From Octopus sinensis (Eukaryota), in the NCBI RefSeq assembly GCF_006345805.1, contig NC_043005.1, positions 64,790,001 through 64,854,000 on the forward strand: a stretch of 64,000 nucleotides of DNA, read 5' to 3'. A model generated the notes under the pieces. The model made no database searches. It saw nothing but the letters and a program-made list of their open reading frames with translations, and had not been told where the DNA came from. This document shows positions 1 through 12,935 of the stretch, in pieces. Position 1 is the first letter of the stretch, and every line of letters begins with the position of its first letter. Position numbers and translations under genes: made by a program.

Positions 1-569
1 TTGTGAATTAAATTGGTAGACAGTAAACGAAGAAACCCATTGCATGCGTGTGTGTGTGTGTGTGTGTGTGTGCGCGTGTGTGTGTGTGTGTGTCTGTGTG
101 TGTGTCTGTGTGTCTGTGTGTCTGTGTGTCTGTGTATTTCTGCAATTCTTTGATTTGACACAGTAGAGGGTTTTGTGCAGATATCACCAAGCATTTGCAT
201 ATTATTCGTAAATGCTAGTTGTGACATGTTTAGAACTTGCCCAATAAATAGAAGAAATGTGACATAAAGAGATTTAGTTTTAGTTTAAGCAAAATTTTAA
301 AGCCAATTATTTATCAAGAGAAAGTTCAGGTCATGTATGGGATTTCACACAAATGTGTTGGTATTTAAGTTAGATGTTTTCCAAAGCAGCACTGTCTACA
401 TCGACTAGTTTCACATGAATGATAAAATATTAATAAGTTGTTGTCAAATGGAATGTTTTCATCTTTTAAAAGCAGAGCCACATGTGACAGGTTTTCCATT
501 ATGAATTTTAACAGCTATAATGTTAATATTTTAATGTATGTAAGCTATGAATGTATCAATGCCTTAGTT

Positions 570-3065
570 CGTAGCTTCCCAAAGTGGGCAATATTGCCCA
601 CCAGTGGGCAATTTCAACTAACAGGTGGGTAATGGGTGAATTTCTAGAAAATGGTGGGTAATTTGAGATTTTGGTGGGTGATGTGAACATTTTGTGGGTG
701 ACAATTTTTTTTTTTTTTTACATAATTGTATGAAGTCCTGCATGCAGAATACAAATTCGCAAAAATTTTCTGAAAACTCCGAAAAATAAGAGTTATGAGG
801 GGTTATATGTAGTGCATAATTCTACAGCTTCATATCAAAACACAAGTGCTATTTTCAGGATGCTAACACGAAATGACACCTTTGAAATTGTGTTTCTTTT
901 CAAAAAGAAAACAACTTTTTAAAAACATTTTTCTGAAAAAAGTTGAATGAACTTTAATTCTTGAAATGCTGGCAGCCAAACAAACTAGACCTGTATTTGC
1001 TCCAGTAAAGACGTGCCATCTGATTCTGCTCTGTTGACTTCTTCTTCTCTTTGGGAATACCATACCGCCTTTCTGACACTGTTCATAGAAATTCATTTTC
1101 ACATTTTCACTTTACTGATGCCTCCAGTCAAGGAAATTTATCAACAGTAGGTGCAGGAGTGGCTGTGTGGTAAGTAGCTTGTTTACCAACCACATGGTTC
1201 TGGGATCAGTCCCACTGCGGGGCACCTTGGGCAAGTGTCTTCTACTATAGCCTCGGGCCAACCAAAGCCTTGTGAGTGGATTTGGTAGATGGAAACTGAA
1301 AGAAGCCCATCATATATATGTATATATATATATGCATGTGTGTCTTTGTGTGTCTGTGTTTGTCCCCCTAGCATTGCTTGACAACTGATGCTGGTGTGTT
1401 TATGTCTCTGTTACTTAGCAGTTCGGCAAAAGAGACCGATAGAATAAGTACTGGGCTAACAAAAGAATAAGTCCCGGGGTCAAGTTGCTTGATTAAAGGC
1501 GGTGCTCCAGCATGGCCACAGTCAAATGACTGAAACAAGTAAAAGGGAGAGTAAAGAGAGTACAGTAGGGATTATTTATCATTTGGATTTATTTCCTCTC
1601 CTCAGAACTGTCAGTTACCAAAGTGCCTTCTTTACCATCAAACATAGACCAGCAAAGTAATGAAACCTTCACACTTGAAGTATCACTTTGATGCAAAGCA
1701 TTCTGAGTAGAAGGAAAAGCCATTATCATACTTTTTGCAACGGAGTGCCTCTTTCAAAAGAAAACACAAACATTCAGCACACTACTTCAGAAAACTAGTA
1801 AGCAGGAGAATGATGGGTTGATTGCATCGTACAACATTGCATGGCTTGTTGCTAAGTCTGGGAAGTCTCACACAATTGACTTCGACCATGTTGAAGGGGT
1901 TTTGTCAACCATTATGCACGAAAAACCTGATGATATTGAGAAATCATGTTGTTACTAAGTGGACGATCTTCTGATCCCACAACACGATTTCTCGATGCAT
2001 CAATGAAATGGCCAACGATGTCAAATATCAGCTCATTAAATACTTTCCAGCGTTCTGGATTTTCTATACAAGTGGATGAGTCAACTGTTGTGGACAATCA
2101 CTGTTTGATGTTGTATATATTTGGCATTTCAGCAAAGACCTTTGACCTTGTGAGGAAATGCTGTTCACAGAGAAATTTCTGCTAGATTCAAAAGGTGCAA
2201 CTATTTTTCACTCACTCAAGTCTTTCCTTTTTGAACATAATATCCTACTCAGTAATATTCTTGCCTGTGCATCTGATGGAGCTCCTTTGATGATAGGAAG
2301 ATACAGAGGTTTTTTGTCTCTCCTAAAGCATGAAATTTACCACCAGATACTAACTGTTCATTGCTTGGTACACTGGCAGCAATTAGTGGCAAAAAATATG
2401 TAGGACAGATTGAATGATGCACTACAATTAGTTATCAAGACTGTGAACAAATTGAAGTCCAGTCCCTTGTCAGAGTGAATTTTCTGTCAACTCTGTCTAA
2501 GAAATGATGAGGAATATACTAAACTCTTATACCATACCAAAGTGCAGAGGCTGTCAAAAGGAAACTGTGTTTTATACTTTGTTGAACTGTTTCATATAAT
2601 CATATCTTTCTTTGAAGATACTCTGCTATCCACTTCATTGATGGCTGCAAAGTACGATATCTCTTTTCATAAAATTAAGTGATTTGAATAAGTTATTGCA
2701 AGGAAACAGAATAACTCTCAATTGTAAATCGCTTATCACAAGCTTCATTTCGAAATTGGTGCTGTATAAGACTAACATTTCAAAATATCAATTCCATCAA
2801 TTTCCACACCTTGATTCTTTGAAAGATGAATTGACTGATGAGGATTTAACAACATATTATAACTATTTATAATCATTGTATGACAACATGGTGGAGCGAT
2901 TTCAAAATGTTATTGCATTGAATATTTCCAAACTGGTATAGTAAGCGATTTGAAATTGATGCAGTCGATTGTGTCAGGTTTTTTTATACAGGTGGGCAAT
3001 GGAGCATTTTTTGGTTGACAGGTGAGTGATATTGCAATTTGGCACGAAAAGTTTGGGAAACACTG
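570..3065 (+). mobile_element. hAT/Buster DNA transposon fossil (degraded transposase) with nested insertions
   Basis: Termini cgtagcttcccaaag (570) and reverse complement cagtgtttcccaaac (ends 3065). 8-bp TSD ccttagtt (562-569) / ccttaatt (3066-3073) with the central TA typical of Buster. Fragmented transposase motifs MKPSHLKYHF..KH, ASYNIAWLVAKSGKSHTI, IQVDES, SDGAP, HCLVH. Confidence 0.9.
1148..1560 (+). mobile_element. tRNA-derived SINE, family A (octopus OR-like)
   Basis: Head ggagtggctgtgtggtaag (A box) ... ggttctgggatcagtccc (B-box-like), central (TA)/(TG) tract, tail gtcaaatgactgaaacaagtaaaag; many copies in the window. Confidence 0.85.
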
Positions 3066-3639
3066 CCTTAATTTATGTGATCGTATATGAAGTAAAAGAG
3101 TATGTATAATTTATTAAGTTCATAGGCACGGAGCCCAAACATACTGAGAGCCAGTGAAAATATCAGCTTATTAATATTCTCTCTAAGGAAGCAGCAAATT
3201 TAAAATCAGATTCAAAACTAGATTAACAGAGAACTTTTCAATAGACCATGTTGCTATGATATATGTGTAGACAAAAAAATGATTTCATTGTCGTCGTCGT
3301 CATCATCATCATCAACCTTTATCGTCTGTTTTCCATGCTGGCATGGATTGGACAGTTTGACCAGAGCTGGCAAGTTAGGGAGCTGCACCAGGTTCCAGCC
3401 TGATTTGGCTTAGTTTCTGCAGCTAGGTGCCCTTCCTAACACCATTCACTTTACAGTGTGTGCTGGGTTCTTTGAATGTGCTACTGGCATGAGTGCTTTT
3501 ATATGGCACCAGTATTAGTGCTTTTTATGTGGCACCAGCACAAGACTCTTACAGGCCAATCCTCTTCATCAGGGGATGTAGCCTATAATTACAATGATAA
3601 ATTATAGAAAAAGGAATCTTCTACTTATTCTAAGTATAC

Positions 3640-4050
3640 ATAGGCGTAGGAGTGGCTGTGTGGTAAGCAGCTTGTTTACGAACCACATAGTTCCGAGTTC
3701 AGTCCCACTGTGGGGCACCTAGGGCAAGTGTCTTCTACTATAGCCTCAGGTCAACCAAAGCCTTGTGAGTGGATTTGGTAGACGGAAACTGAAAGAAGCC
3801 CTTCATATATATGTATATATATATGTGTGTGTGTGTATATGTTTGTGTGTCTGTGTTTGACCCCCAACATTGCTTGACAACCGATGGTGGTGTGTTTACC
3901 TCACTGTAACTTAGCAGTTTGGCAAAAGCAACCGATAGAATAAGTACTAGGCTTACAAAGAATGAGTCCTGGGGTCGATTTGCTCGACTAAAGGTGGTGC
4001 TCCAGCATGGCCACAGTCAAATGACTGAAACAAGTAAAAGAGTAAAGAGT
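3640..4050 (+). mobile_element. SINE family A
   Basis: Full-length homolog of 1148-1560. Confidence 0.85.
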
Positions 4051-4223
4051 ATACTAGTGATGTCAGATGTATCTCAAGCAACTGATTCACAAAATAATTT
4101 CCTCGGGCTATGAAAGAATAGTCAAGAGATTGAGATGAAATCCTCTGTTTTATCAATGTGGGATTCAATAATCACCACATAAGCATATATCAACAGTAAA
4201 TAATTCCAAGTGTATTTCATTAC

Positions 4224-4425
4224 CTCATTATTTCTGTAATCAAATATGTCATAATTCTTTTTCTTCATCGTTTCTATAATCGTCTTGTTTTTCACCAAAA
4301 CAGACTCTATGCCATCAATTTTGATATCTTTCATAAGAAGAAATACGTTTATTGTGTCAATAGTCTCTTGGATCTTTTCAAGTCTCTTGCAAAAAGCATC
4401 AAATTTCCAAAATATGCAGTGTTCA
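4224..4425 (-). CDS. DNAH5: Axonemal dynein heavy chain (DNAH5/DNAH8-like) exon, most 3' exon seen in the window
   Basis: Acceptor ttccttacag and donor GAG|gtaatg, phase 2 to 0. Encodes (S)EHCIFWKFDAFCKRLEKIQETIDTINVFLLMKDIKIDGIESVLVKNKTIIETMKKKNYDIFDYRNNE, matching the DNAH5-type SEMYIFGKF...IKKKEYNFLDQR segment from memory. DNAH5 vs DNAH8 not resolved. Confidence 0.92.
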
Positions 4426-4461
4426 CTGTAAGGAAATAATGTAAGAAATATCAGGAAGGCA

Positions 4462-4513
<52 letters not shown>

Positions 4514-5734
4514 TGATCGCTCATGCACAGATGGCTGATTTAAACAAACATTCTATAACTATTAGTCATCTTTCAAACGTCTAGACAAGCAAACAGCTAT
4601 GATATTGACAGGCAATATTTAGTCAATGAAAAGACAAAAACATTATCAACAGTATCAAAAGGAAAACAAAGGCTTATATAAACAGAACCTAGGAGCACTA
4701 GTCCTGTCTGATAGGACACACATTCTGGAAACTTTAAATATTCAAATATCTGTTTTCAACTCAAACAATAACATATTTACTTGGTGTCCCTACATGAACA
4801 AATACATACTAGCAAACTTAAAACCTCAATCCATACCACGTGTTATATTTCTTATCTCTTTCATTCCTTTATTCTTATTGAAACCTCCCCTACTTTTCTT
4901 TATTTTTTCTTTTATTTTTTTCCCCTCTTTTTGTTTCAATGCTCCTCTTTAGTACCTTTTTGGCATCATCTAAAACATCCTAATAACCTTTATATCTGTG
5001 ATCTTGAACAAGCATGTCTTTGCTCAGCCACTATCACTGACTCTATACTGCCATACATTCTGAATTCAGATCTCACTGAGGTTTACCTTGCCTTTCATCC
5101 TTTTTGGGATCAATAAAATAAAGTATCGGTTATGTAGTGGGTTGATGGTATTAACTAACACTTCCTTTCAAATGTGATGGTTTTTTATCTAAATCAGAAA
5201 CACTGATAATGCAGTAAGTTGGTAGAATTCTTATAACATCAGAAAAAGTACTCTGCAACATTTCGTTCAGCTCTGTTTTCAAATCCTGTTGAGATCAACA
5301 TTGTCTTTCATCTCTCTGGGGTTCATGAAATAACGTTCGTCAAGTACTGGGGTTGATTTGACTAACACCCTTCCCACAAATTTCTTGCTCTATCCTCATG
5401 TTAGAAACAATTATTATTTTGCATTATTTACATTATTTTTTTCTGGATTCTGTTTGAGTCAAACGTATTTGCTTTGATTATGCAGTTTTTGAATTTCTAA
5501 ACTTGTTTAATGCATGGAAAGTTCTAATTTTATTGTTCTACTTTTATCCTTCTTAAAATTTTCTATTGTACCTGAAGAAAGGAATTGATCAAAATCCAAC
5601 AACAAGAATCCATCCATCTGTTCATCCATCCTTCCTATATGCATCATATATATTTGAAAGACTAGTTATAAATTAGAAGTCACATTCAATCAATGGCCTC
5701 AAAATTAGACATTTAAATTACTATTATATATTAG

Positions 5735-6060
5735 ATTGTGAAGGCACATGGCTTAGTGGTTAGGGTATTCCACTCACGATTATAAGATCATGAGTTCAAT
5801 TCCCAGTGATGCATTGTGTCCTTGAGCAAGACACTTTATTTCACATTGCTCCAGCCCACTCAGCTGACAAAAATGAGTTGTACCTGTATTTCAAAGGGCC
5901 AGTTTTGTTACACTATGTCACACTGAATCTCCCTGAGAACTACATTAAGGGTACACCTGTCTGCAGAGTGCTCAGCCACTTGCACATTAATTTCATGAGC
6001 AAGCTGTTCTGTTGACTGTATCAGCTGGGATCCTCATCGTTGTAACCGACAGAGTGCTCG
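5735..6060 (+). mobile_element. tRNA-derived SINE, family D
   Basis: Head ggcacatggcttagtggttaggg...gagttcaattccc followed by ccttgagcaagacacttt; relatives at ~49480-49680 and ~60650-60930. Confidence 0.7.
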
Positions 6061-6334
6061 GACTATACATAAGATTCCTGGCCCAGGTGGTTTGTTGTGA
6101 CTTCTTGAACAAAGCACTTCATCTGACATTGTTCTGTGATAACTTCAGCATCTGACATATAGTGGAACACCATGCAACATCTGACACCATGTGGAACAGC
6201 ATGCAATCCGTTCAGGTAATATTGATTTAATGGAAGGAGTGAGCTAATGTACATTACAACCATTCCCTAGAAATAAGTCATTTGTGCAGGTTGTTCATCA
6301 AGAAATTGCAGAATTGTCTTCCTTGGACTACCAT

Positions 6335-6740
6335 CATTATCATCATCATCATTTAAGATCCGCTTTCCATGCTAGCATGGGTTGGACGATTTGACTGAGG
6401 TCTGGTGAACCAGACTCCAATCTGACCTGGCAGAGTTTCTACAGCTGGATGCCCTTCCTAACGCCAACCACTCCGAGAGTGTAGTGAGTGCTTTTACATG
6501 CCACCAGCACGAGGGCCAGTTTGGTGGTGCTGGCAATGGCCATGCCCAAATGGTGCTTTTTATGTGCCACCTGCACAGGAGCCAGTCCAGCAGCACTGGC
6601 GACGATTTCACTCGAATGTTTCACGTGCCACCAGCACAAGTGCTAGTATGGCGATGCGGTAATGATCATGCTCGAATGGTGTGTTTAACGTGCCATCGGC
6701 ACGAAGGCCAGCTTGTTGCTCTGGCAGCGATCTCATCATA
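6335..6740 (-). mobile_element. SINE family B ((GAT)n tail, internal GTGCCA..GGCAC tandem units)
   Basis: (cat)n-ttaacgtccgctttccatgctagcatgggttggacg...ggatgcccttcctaacgccaacc. Other copies at 3290-3560, 25998-26345, 33668-34000, 47065-47450, 62235-62455 (minus) and 16790-17075, 39690-40026 (plus). Confidence 0.82.
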
Positions 6741-6919
6741 TATTAGATTTAAATGATTCATTGCTGATAGCACTATGTTTCGTTTCACGTGAACTTTTTA
6801 ACTGAGTGAAAACTTTGGGGTGGTTGTTAGAATTTATAGTTTAAAATGCAGGAACTATTTGACGGCAGGTGTATTCTAAATTATGCTGTAGTATTGCAAA
6901 TTGTCTCAGTTTTTCATGT

Positions 6920-7210
6920 CAAAATTGATTAGAAAACCAAAATAAGTTAATGTATCTAATGATTGCAGATGAATTTCATTGATTTGGATTGCATCTTCAC
7001 AGTTGCTTTCCATACCACATTCACAGGGAATATCAAGTCTCTTGATAGCAGATAATCCACTTTTAGAATCTGCTAATGAATCAATGATCTCTCCATGTCT
7101 TAGATTAGAGACCAATTTCCCACCAATCTTCAATGTGCCCTCAAAATCAGCTTGGGTTACTGTCATGACTTGTTGAAGAAATACATTGAACGGGGGCTAA
7201 TTGCAGTAGC
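6920..7210 (-). mobile_element. RTE-clade LINE reverse transcriptase fragment
   Basis: Translations FNVFLQQVMT, KIGGKLVSNLR, CGMESN, TLTYFG resemble RTE RT domains 5-7 with a decayed YADD. Confidence 0.7.
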
Positions 7211-7989
7211 AACAACACGATAAAGGTAAATAAAATCTGGAAAAACAAAAACATTATTATGATCCACAAACTAATGTTAATGAAGATGAGAAGATGCAAG
7301 TTCATGCTTCTTGGGTATACATATGCATATGTGTGCAAAGGGCGGCAAGCTGGCAGAGACTTTGCTTTTCATCCTTTCGGGGTTGATAAATTAAGTACCA
7401 GTTACGCACTGGGGTCGATGTAATCGACTTAATCCATTTGTCTGTCCTTGTTTGCCCCCTCTATGTTTAGCCCCTTGTGGATAATAAAGAAACAAATATG
7501 CATATGTGTGCAAGTATATATGTATGCATATTAGCATACAGTCAGGTCTATATCATTGACCTGTTTGATAATTTCCCACCCTTCTTACACTCTTATCACT
7601 CACCCCTCCATCTCACCTTTTCTCATCACACAACCATTTATCACTCATTTGCTTATTACCCTTAGTACTGTTACCCATGTTTCTTTCACCAATGCCTTTA
7701 ACCTTCCTGCCTCCTACATCCACTCTCTTATTGCTTATTTCTCAACACTTACTCCTCGTCCCAATCTCACTGTACTATGCCACTGGTATGACTAAGGACA
7801 GGAGTGGATCTTTTCTACCCAGCATACATTGCCTCCAGTGTAACTGAGGATGCCACTGCAAATATTTGACACTTTCACCAACACTAATTTGGCTTGTTCA
7901 CTGATAAAGGACCCACATACTTTTTCTTTACCTACTGTCACTCCCATTTCTTTGTCTCTTTTGGCTCATAAGGAAGCCTTTGAATAGGT

Positions 7990-8730
7990 GACAACACTGA
8001 TTAACTGTGCCAACTATTCATCGACACATGTGTGACATTGGAAAAGTCAGCAAATTGGGTCATTAGGTTCCTCATAAACTTTCCGAGTCTAATCACATGC
8101 AGAGAATGAATGTGTGCTTTTCTTTACCATCATGTCTCACTGGTGACGAGAAATGGGTTCTCTATAAAAATGTCAAACGCCAAATACAGTAAGGAAAGGA
8201 GAAATACCAGCACCCCAAGCTAAGGAAGATCTTCACCCATTTAAGGTGTTGTTATCTGTTTGGTGGGATATGAAAGCTTTAGTCCACTTTGAACTTTTAA
8301 ACCCAAACCAAATGATGACAAAAGAGATCTAGTGTGAGCAGCTTGAGTGGCATAAGTTAGCGCTAGAAGAAAAATGACCATCTTTGGTTTCAAGACAAAA
8401 GGTGTTCTTCCATCAGGATAATGCTTGGCCACATACAGTGAGGATGACATTCCAAAAACTGGAGCAGTTTGAATGAGAACCGATACCCCACCCACCATAT
8501 TTGCCAGACAATACTTATCATTTATTCCACAGTCTTCAAAATTATTTGGACGGAAAAAATATGAATTCTGTAGACATTTTAGGAGAGGAGTCTTGCAAGA
8601 CTACCAGACAGGTTGAAGAGCATTGTAGAAAAGAAAGGAGAGTATGTTTTAGATTAAAAAAGAACCTTGTTTATCTTAATTTTCAAAAATAAAAGAAGCA
8701 TAAAAAAACGTATTATTTATGAGATGACCC
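7990..8730 (+). mobile_element. Mariner (DD34D) transposase relic
   Basis: Motifs TGDEKWVLY, LHPFKVLLSVWWD, FHQDNA.PH, PHPPY.PD, YHLFHSLQNYL, interrupted by stops and frameshifts. Confidence 0.88.
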
Positions 8731-9740
8731 TACATATATATATATATGTATATTATCAGAATTTCTGAAATTAGAAATTATTATTAATATTGATTATATA
8801 CTTGTATGATAGATAGGTTTCGGTCTAGTAGCCTACAGGCTTCTGGCACATTTTGTATTTTGGTAATATTCTCAGAATTTAAAATCAAAACACACTTTAG
8901 ACTATTCTCATTTCCTAGCTTCCTAAGCTTCAACCAGAGACCATATGAATACATGTGTAGGTGTGTATATATATGTTGCTTTAGAAAAGAAAGCAGGTCC
9001 CAATACTTTTATATATACATCTCCTTTTCCATGCCTGCATGGGTCAGATGGAGTTTATACGAAGCAGTTTTTATATGGTTCGATGTCCATCCTGTTGCTA
9101 GTCCGCACAAGTTTCCAAGTAAGGTAATATTTCCTTATGACATGACTATTGGAAATGCAAGACACTGCTTATAAGACAGTGACGTTTATTCACAGCTATC
9201 ATGCAATGCCAAGACAAGGAAACACACACAAACATATCATCGTCATTCAATGGCCATTTTCCATACTATATACATACATAATACATACATGTATACATAT
9301 ATACGAATGTTGTGCTATGACCCCCCTTCAGGCATGAATGACCATGGGTTGCATCTAGAAAGACTGAAACCCTTTTTTTTTCAAGTAAAGTGAAGTCTTT
9401 ACTTTCCTGATGAGGTCATAATATGATTGAACTACGTCAATAGAATTATCCCATATTAACTGAAATAATATAATACTTGCCATTGACTAACATTTTTCTT
9501 TTTTTGCTTATTACCTATTTATTTCTAATTACCCTTGTAATACCCTCTTCATTAATTATGTTAACAGCTTTTATCCTTCATGCAAATTGTGTCCCTGTAG
9601 TGCTGAAGCAGAAAGTAAGTATACTAGGACCCTGTTTTCTTCTCTAAACAAATAACACTAAGTTTTTTTATCAGATAAAATTTTACATAGCATAAAGAAT
9701 TTGAAACAGCAAACAACAGAATAAATGATAGAGAAATTAC

Positions 9741-9860
9741 CTGAATTCAAATTGTCTTTTAGAAGGTTGATATTTGAGATATTCTTTTGTTTTACAGAAT
9801 TCTTCATGGTACTTTTCATTCAGTTTCATGCAATCTTGCAGCATTGGTATTACCACATCT
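9741..9860 (-). CDS. DNAH5: Axonemal dynein heavy chain exon
   Basis: Acceptor ttctcaattgcag and donor CAG|gtaatt, phase 2 to 2. Encodes (K)DVVIPMLQDCMKLNEKYHEEFCKTKEYLKYQPSKRQFEF(S), similar to DNAH5 QDVV...KTKQKL...KQFDFS. Phases fit both neighbouring exons. Confidence 0.92.
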
Positions 9861-11059
9861 CTGCAATTGAGAATAAAAAAAAAGTGAAAAATTTAGTTTT
9901 ATAACACACCACGGTATTAACGTTACCATTTTTCGGTGATCTTATTTTTGTGTGCTTTACATTTAACATATTTATATAAACATAAATTTGGAAAGACCTT
10001 TGCTGTTGTAATTGTCTCAGAAAAGAAATCCTCCTAATAGATAGCTATATTTAGTCATTGCTGCTTAGTGTTTTCAATTTACTAATTTCAGCTTGACAAA
10101 GCTTTGCACATGCCAGTAAATTTATTTTCTGTTATTCACATACAAGACTAGCAGTTCCCAGTGGGCTATGCATGACAGTCTCAATGATTTTAACTAATGA
10201 AGTATAACTATATGAAAATGTGTTTCATAATCTGATGATACCATTAATAGTTTAGCTTGGTGTGTTTTCACACACATTATCTATAAGAAGTATTTCTCTT
10301 CTGAGATAGCTATTGCAGCAAAGGTCTTTGCATGTGTGAATATACATGAACAAGTTAAATATAAATGTACCCAGATTTGCAATAATAATGTTTGATGGAG
10401 AGTTGCATAGAAGATAGAGGGGAGAAAAGAATGAAACAGATGGAGTGAAAGAGAAGAATGAGAAAATAGCAAATAAGAAAGAAAGCATTTCTTACTTAGA
10501 AAATACTGTCAAAGATAAAGAAACATGCTAAGATTAAGTTTATATTTAAAATAATATAGCCATCAGCAAGAATAACAATAATGGCAGTGGTAATGACAAT
10601 AATAACAATATAAGTTAAACTACAACAGCAACAACAACGGCACTTTAAATATGATTTGCAGCAACAACACTTCTACTACAAACATCATAAAAGTGAACTC
10701 TTTTACAAATGTTATTCAACAATGTTATACAACAAAGGTGGACAGAACATTATCATTGACCGTGAGTCCTCTAAAGAAAATAGACAGTGGTAAAACCAAG
10801 CTTTCATGGCATCCTGCCAAGAGATAGAGAAAAGATTAGAAAGAGCCTCATCTACAGATGCATAGATAAAAGACAGTGGACAATTTGACCCCAACACATG
10901 TGAAGAAATGTTTGAAGGCTCTCTGTAGTTTAATATGGCATATAAGATGAGAAAAGCAGCATAACACAGTGGTAGTCCTATGCTTCAATGAAGAGGGAGA
11001 TAAGAAAATAACCACAAATATGTGTTCCTTTAATGAATACTTATTTTTTTATTTATTTA

Positions 11060-11360
11060 TGCACCCTTTTCAAGCCTAGCCAGGCTCATGGGCCCAGTTT
11101 TCTGGTTTCTATGGCATATGTGTTCCCTCCAGCTGGACGGGACGCCAGTCCATCGCAGTGTTACTCAAGAAACAGAAAGAAAGAGTGAGAGAAAGTTAGA
11201 GCGAAAGAGTACAACAGGGGTCGCCACCACCCCCTGCCAGAGCCTTGTAGAGCTTTAGGTGTTTTTGCTCAATAAACACACACAACGCCCGGTTTGGGAA
11301 TCGAAACTGCGATCCTCCGACCATGAGTCTGCTGCCCTAACCAATGGGCATTGCGCCTCC
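11060..11360 (-). mobile_element. tRNA-derived SINE, further family
   Basis: Minus-strand head ggaggcgcaatgcccattggttagggcagcagactcatggtcggaggatcgcagtttcgattccc with A and B boxes, followed by non-tRNA body. Confidence 0.7.
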
Positions 11361-12715
11361 ACAAATGAATAATTATTAATACAAATACTAAGATTATGAG
11401 AATGACTCCCTCCCAGGAGTAATGATCAGTGATTGAAATAGAGGTGGGGATGCTGCTCATACCTGAAAAGTTTCATAAGATTCCTAACCTCATCTACATG
11501 AGGAACAGGAAGCCCATGAGAGTTGTGGTAGAAGGCAGAAAGGCTTGCTGTTACTAATGTGGTAGTACCAACCATCAGGAAGATTTTTACCCTCAGACAA
11601 AGAAACTAAAAACCTGTTTGCTGCCAACATGACATCTACACTAATGACAACAGCATCAACACTAAAAGTGACAGTAAGAGCAGCATTTAGGGCAGTAGCA
11701 GTCACAGCAGAAGAAACTTAAACCATTGCCAGCTTACTGAAGGGGCTTACTGTCACTACCCTCAAAAGAAAACTCTTTACAAAGTTGTCTTCCTCTCCAA
11801 ACCAACATTGACACAAGTGATAAAAAACATATGTAACAATCAGCCTTCATCAGCTTCCTCCAATTTATCAGCAAAGGATGAGGAAGAGGAGAGGTGAGTC
11901 AAAATATGATGGTCATTAGCCCTTTAGCATTCCAACTAATCTATCAAATTTGATGTTTATAGATCCACATTATTTTGAATTACTCATGCATTGTCTTGTA
12001 ACTTTGAGCTTTCAATGATGTGAATATTTATTTTTAGAATGACATTGTAGTGTAGGGTCTTCCTTCAATAAGTAGATAAGAATTTTCCTGCAGACATATA
12101 AGTGCAGAGAATTTTCAATAAGCACACTTTGAGGGTCTCCTTCATCTGTGCACCAAATAGAATGCAAGTTTTAGTAAATAAGCCAAACACATAAGCAACT
12201 TGCTCGTGCAGAGGTAATGCCTCATGCACACTAAAAAAGTGGGGTGAATAGCTGCCACTTGAATGCTGACATTGGAGGACAGCGACTAGACAGGATGAAT
12301 CTGATGAACTTAAGAGTCAGCTTTGTTTTGTTTCATCCATGAGTTCCATTCTAGCTTTTCATAACATTACTGAGGTCCAAGCTACACTGTTCCATTCAAT
12401 TATGTCCAATGATTGTTAATTTACATTTCTACCGTTGGATGGTTCTTCAACAAGAAACTTGTTTGAAAATCATGAATTGACTGTTATGAGACAAAGTTTA
12501 TAATACTGTATAAAGAATATACACATTTTCTTGCCTAATATATGAATGCCTGTTGTTTTCTTACTTATGAAAACATCACACAACTAAACAGACGTATATA
12601 TATAAGTACACATATATGCATGTACATACATATGTGAATACATATGTATATTGCCTATGTTATTTTTATGTTTGGATTTCCTATGTAATACTGTATTCAA
12701 ATAAATTCAAATTAT

Positions 12716-12722
12716 AGTAGTG

Positions 12723-12780
<58 letters not shown>

Positions 12781-12918
12781 CAGCAGCAGCAGTGGATATA
12801 GTTGTAGGAGTAACAACATTGATAGTAGTAGTAGTAGTAGTAGTAGTAGCAGCTGTTGTGGATATAGTTGCACAAGTAACAACATTGATGATAGTGATGA
12901 TAGTAGTAGTAGTAGTAG
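12716..12918. repeat. Compound (TAG)n microsatellite with an internal duplicated spacer
   Basis: (tag)n blocks separated twice by gtggatatagttg.a..agtaacaacattgat; starts 18 bp from the dynein exon donor. Confidence 0.95.
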
Positions 12919-12935
12919 AATGAGAAAGCACATAC

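Noticed and set aside
1148-1230. tRNA-like sequences with A and B boxes (here and at many other SINE heads)
   Set aside because: They continue into conserved SINE bodies and lack a complete cloverleaf, so they are SINE heads rather than tRNA genes.
3130-3215. Possible next dynein exon (FESDF.F...RENINKL) on the minus strand
   Set aside because: The required phase-0 frame after the AG reads TTT TGA with several stops; it would need two compensating errors.
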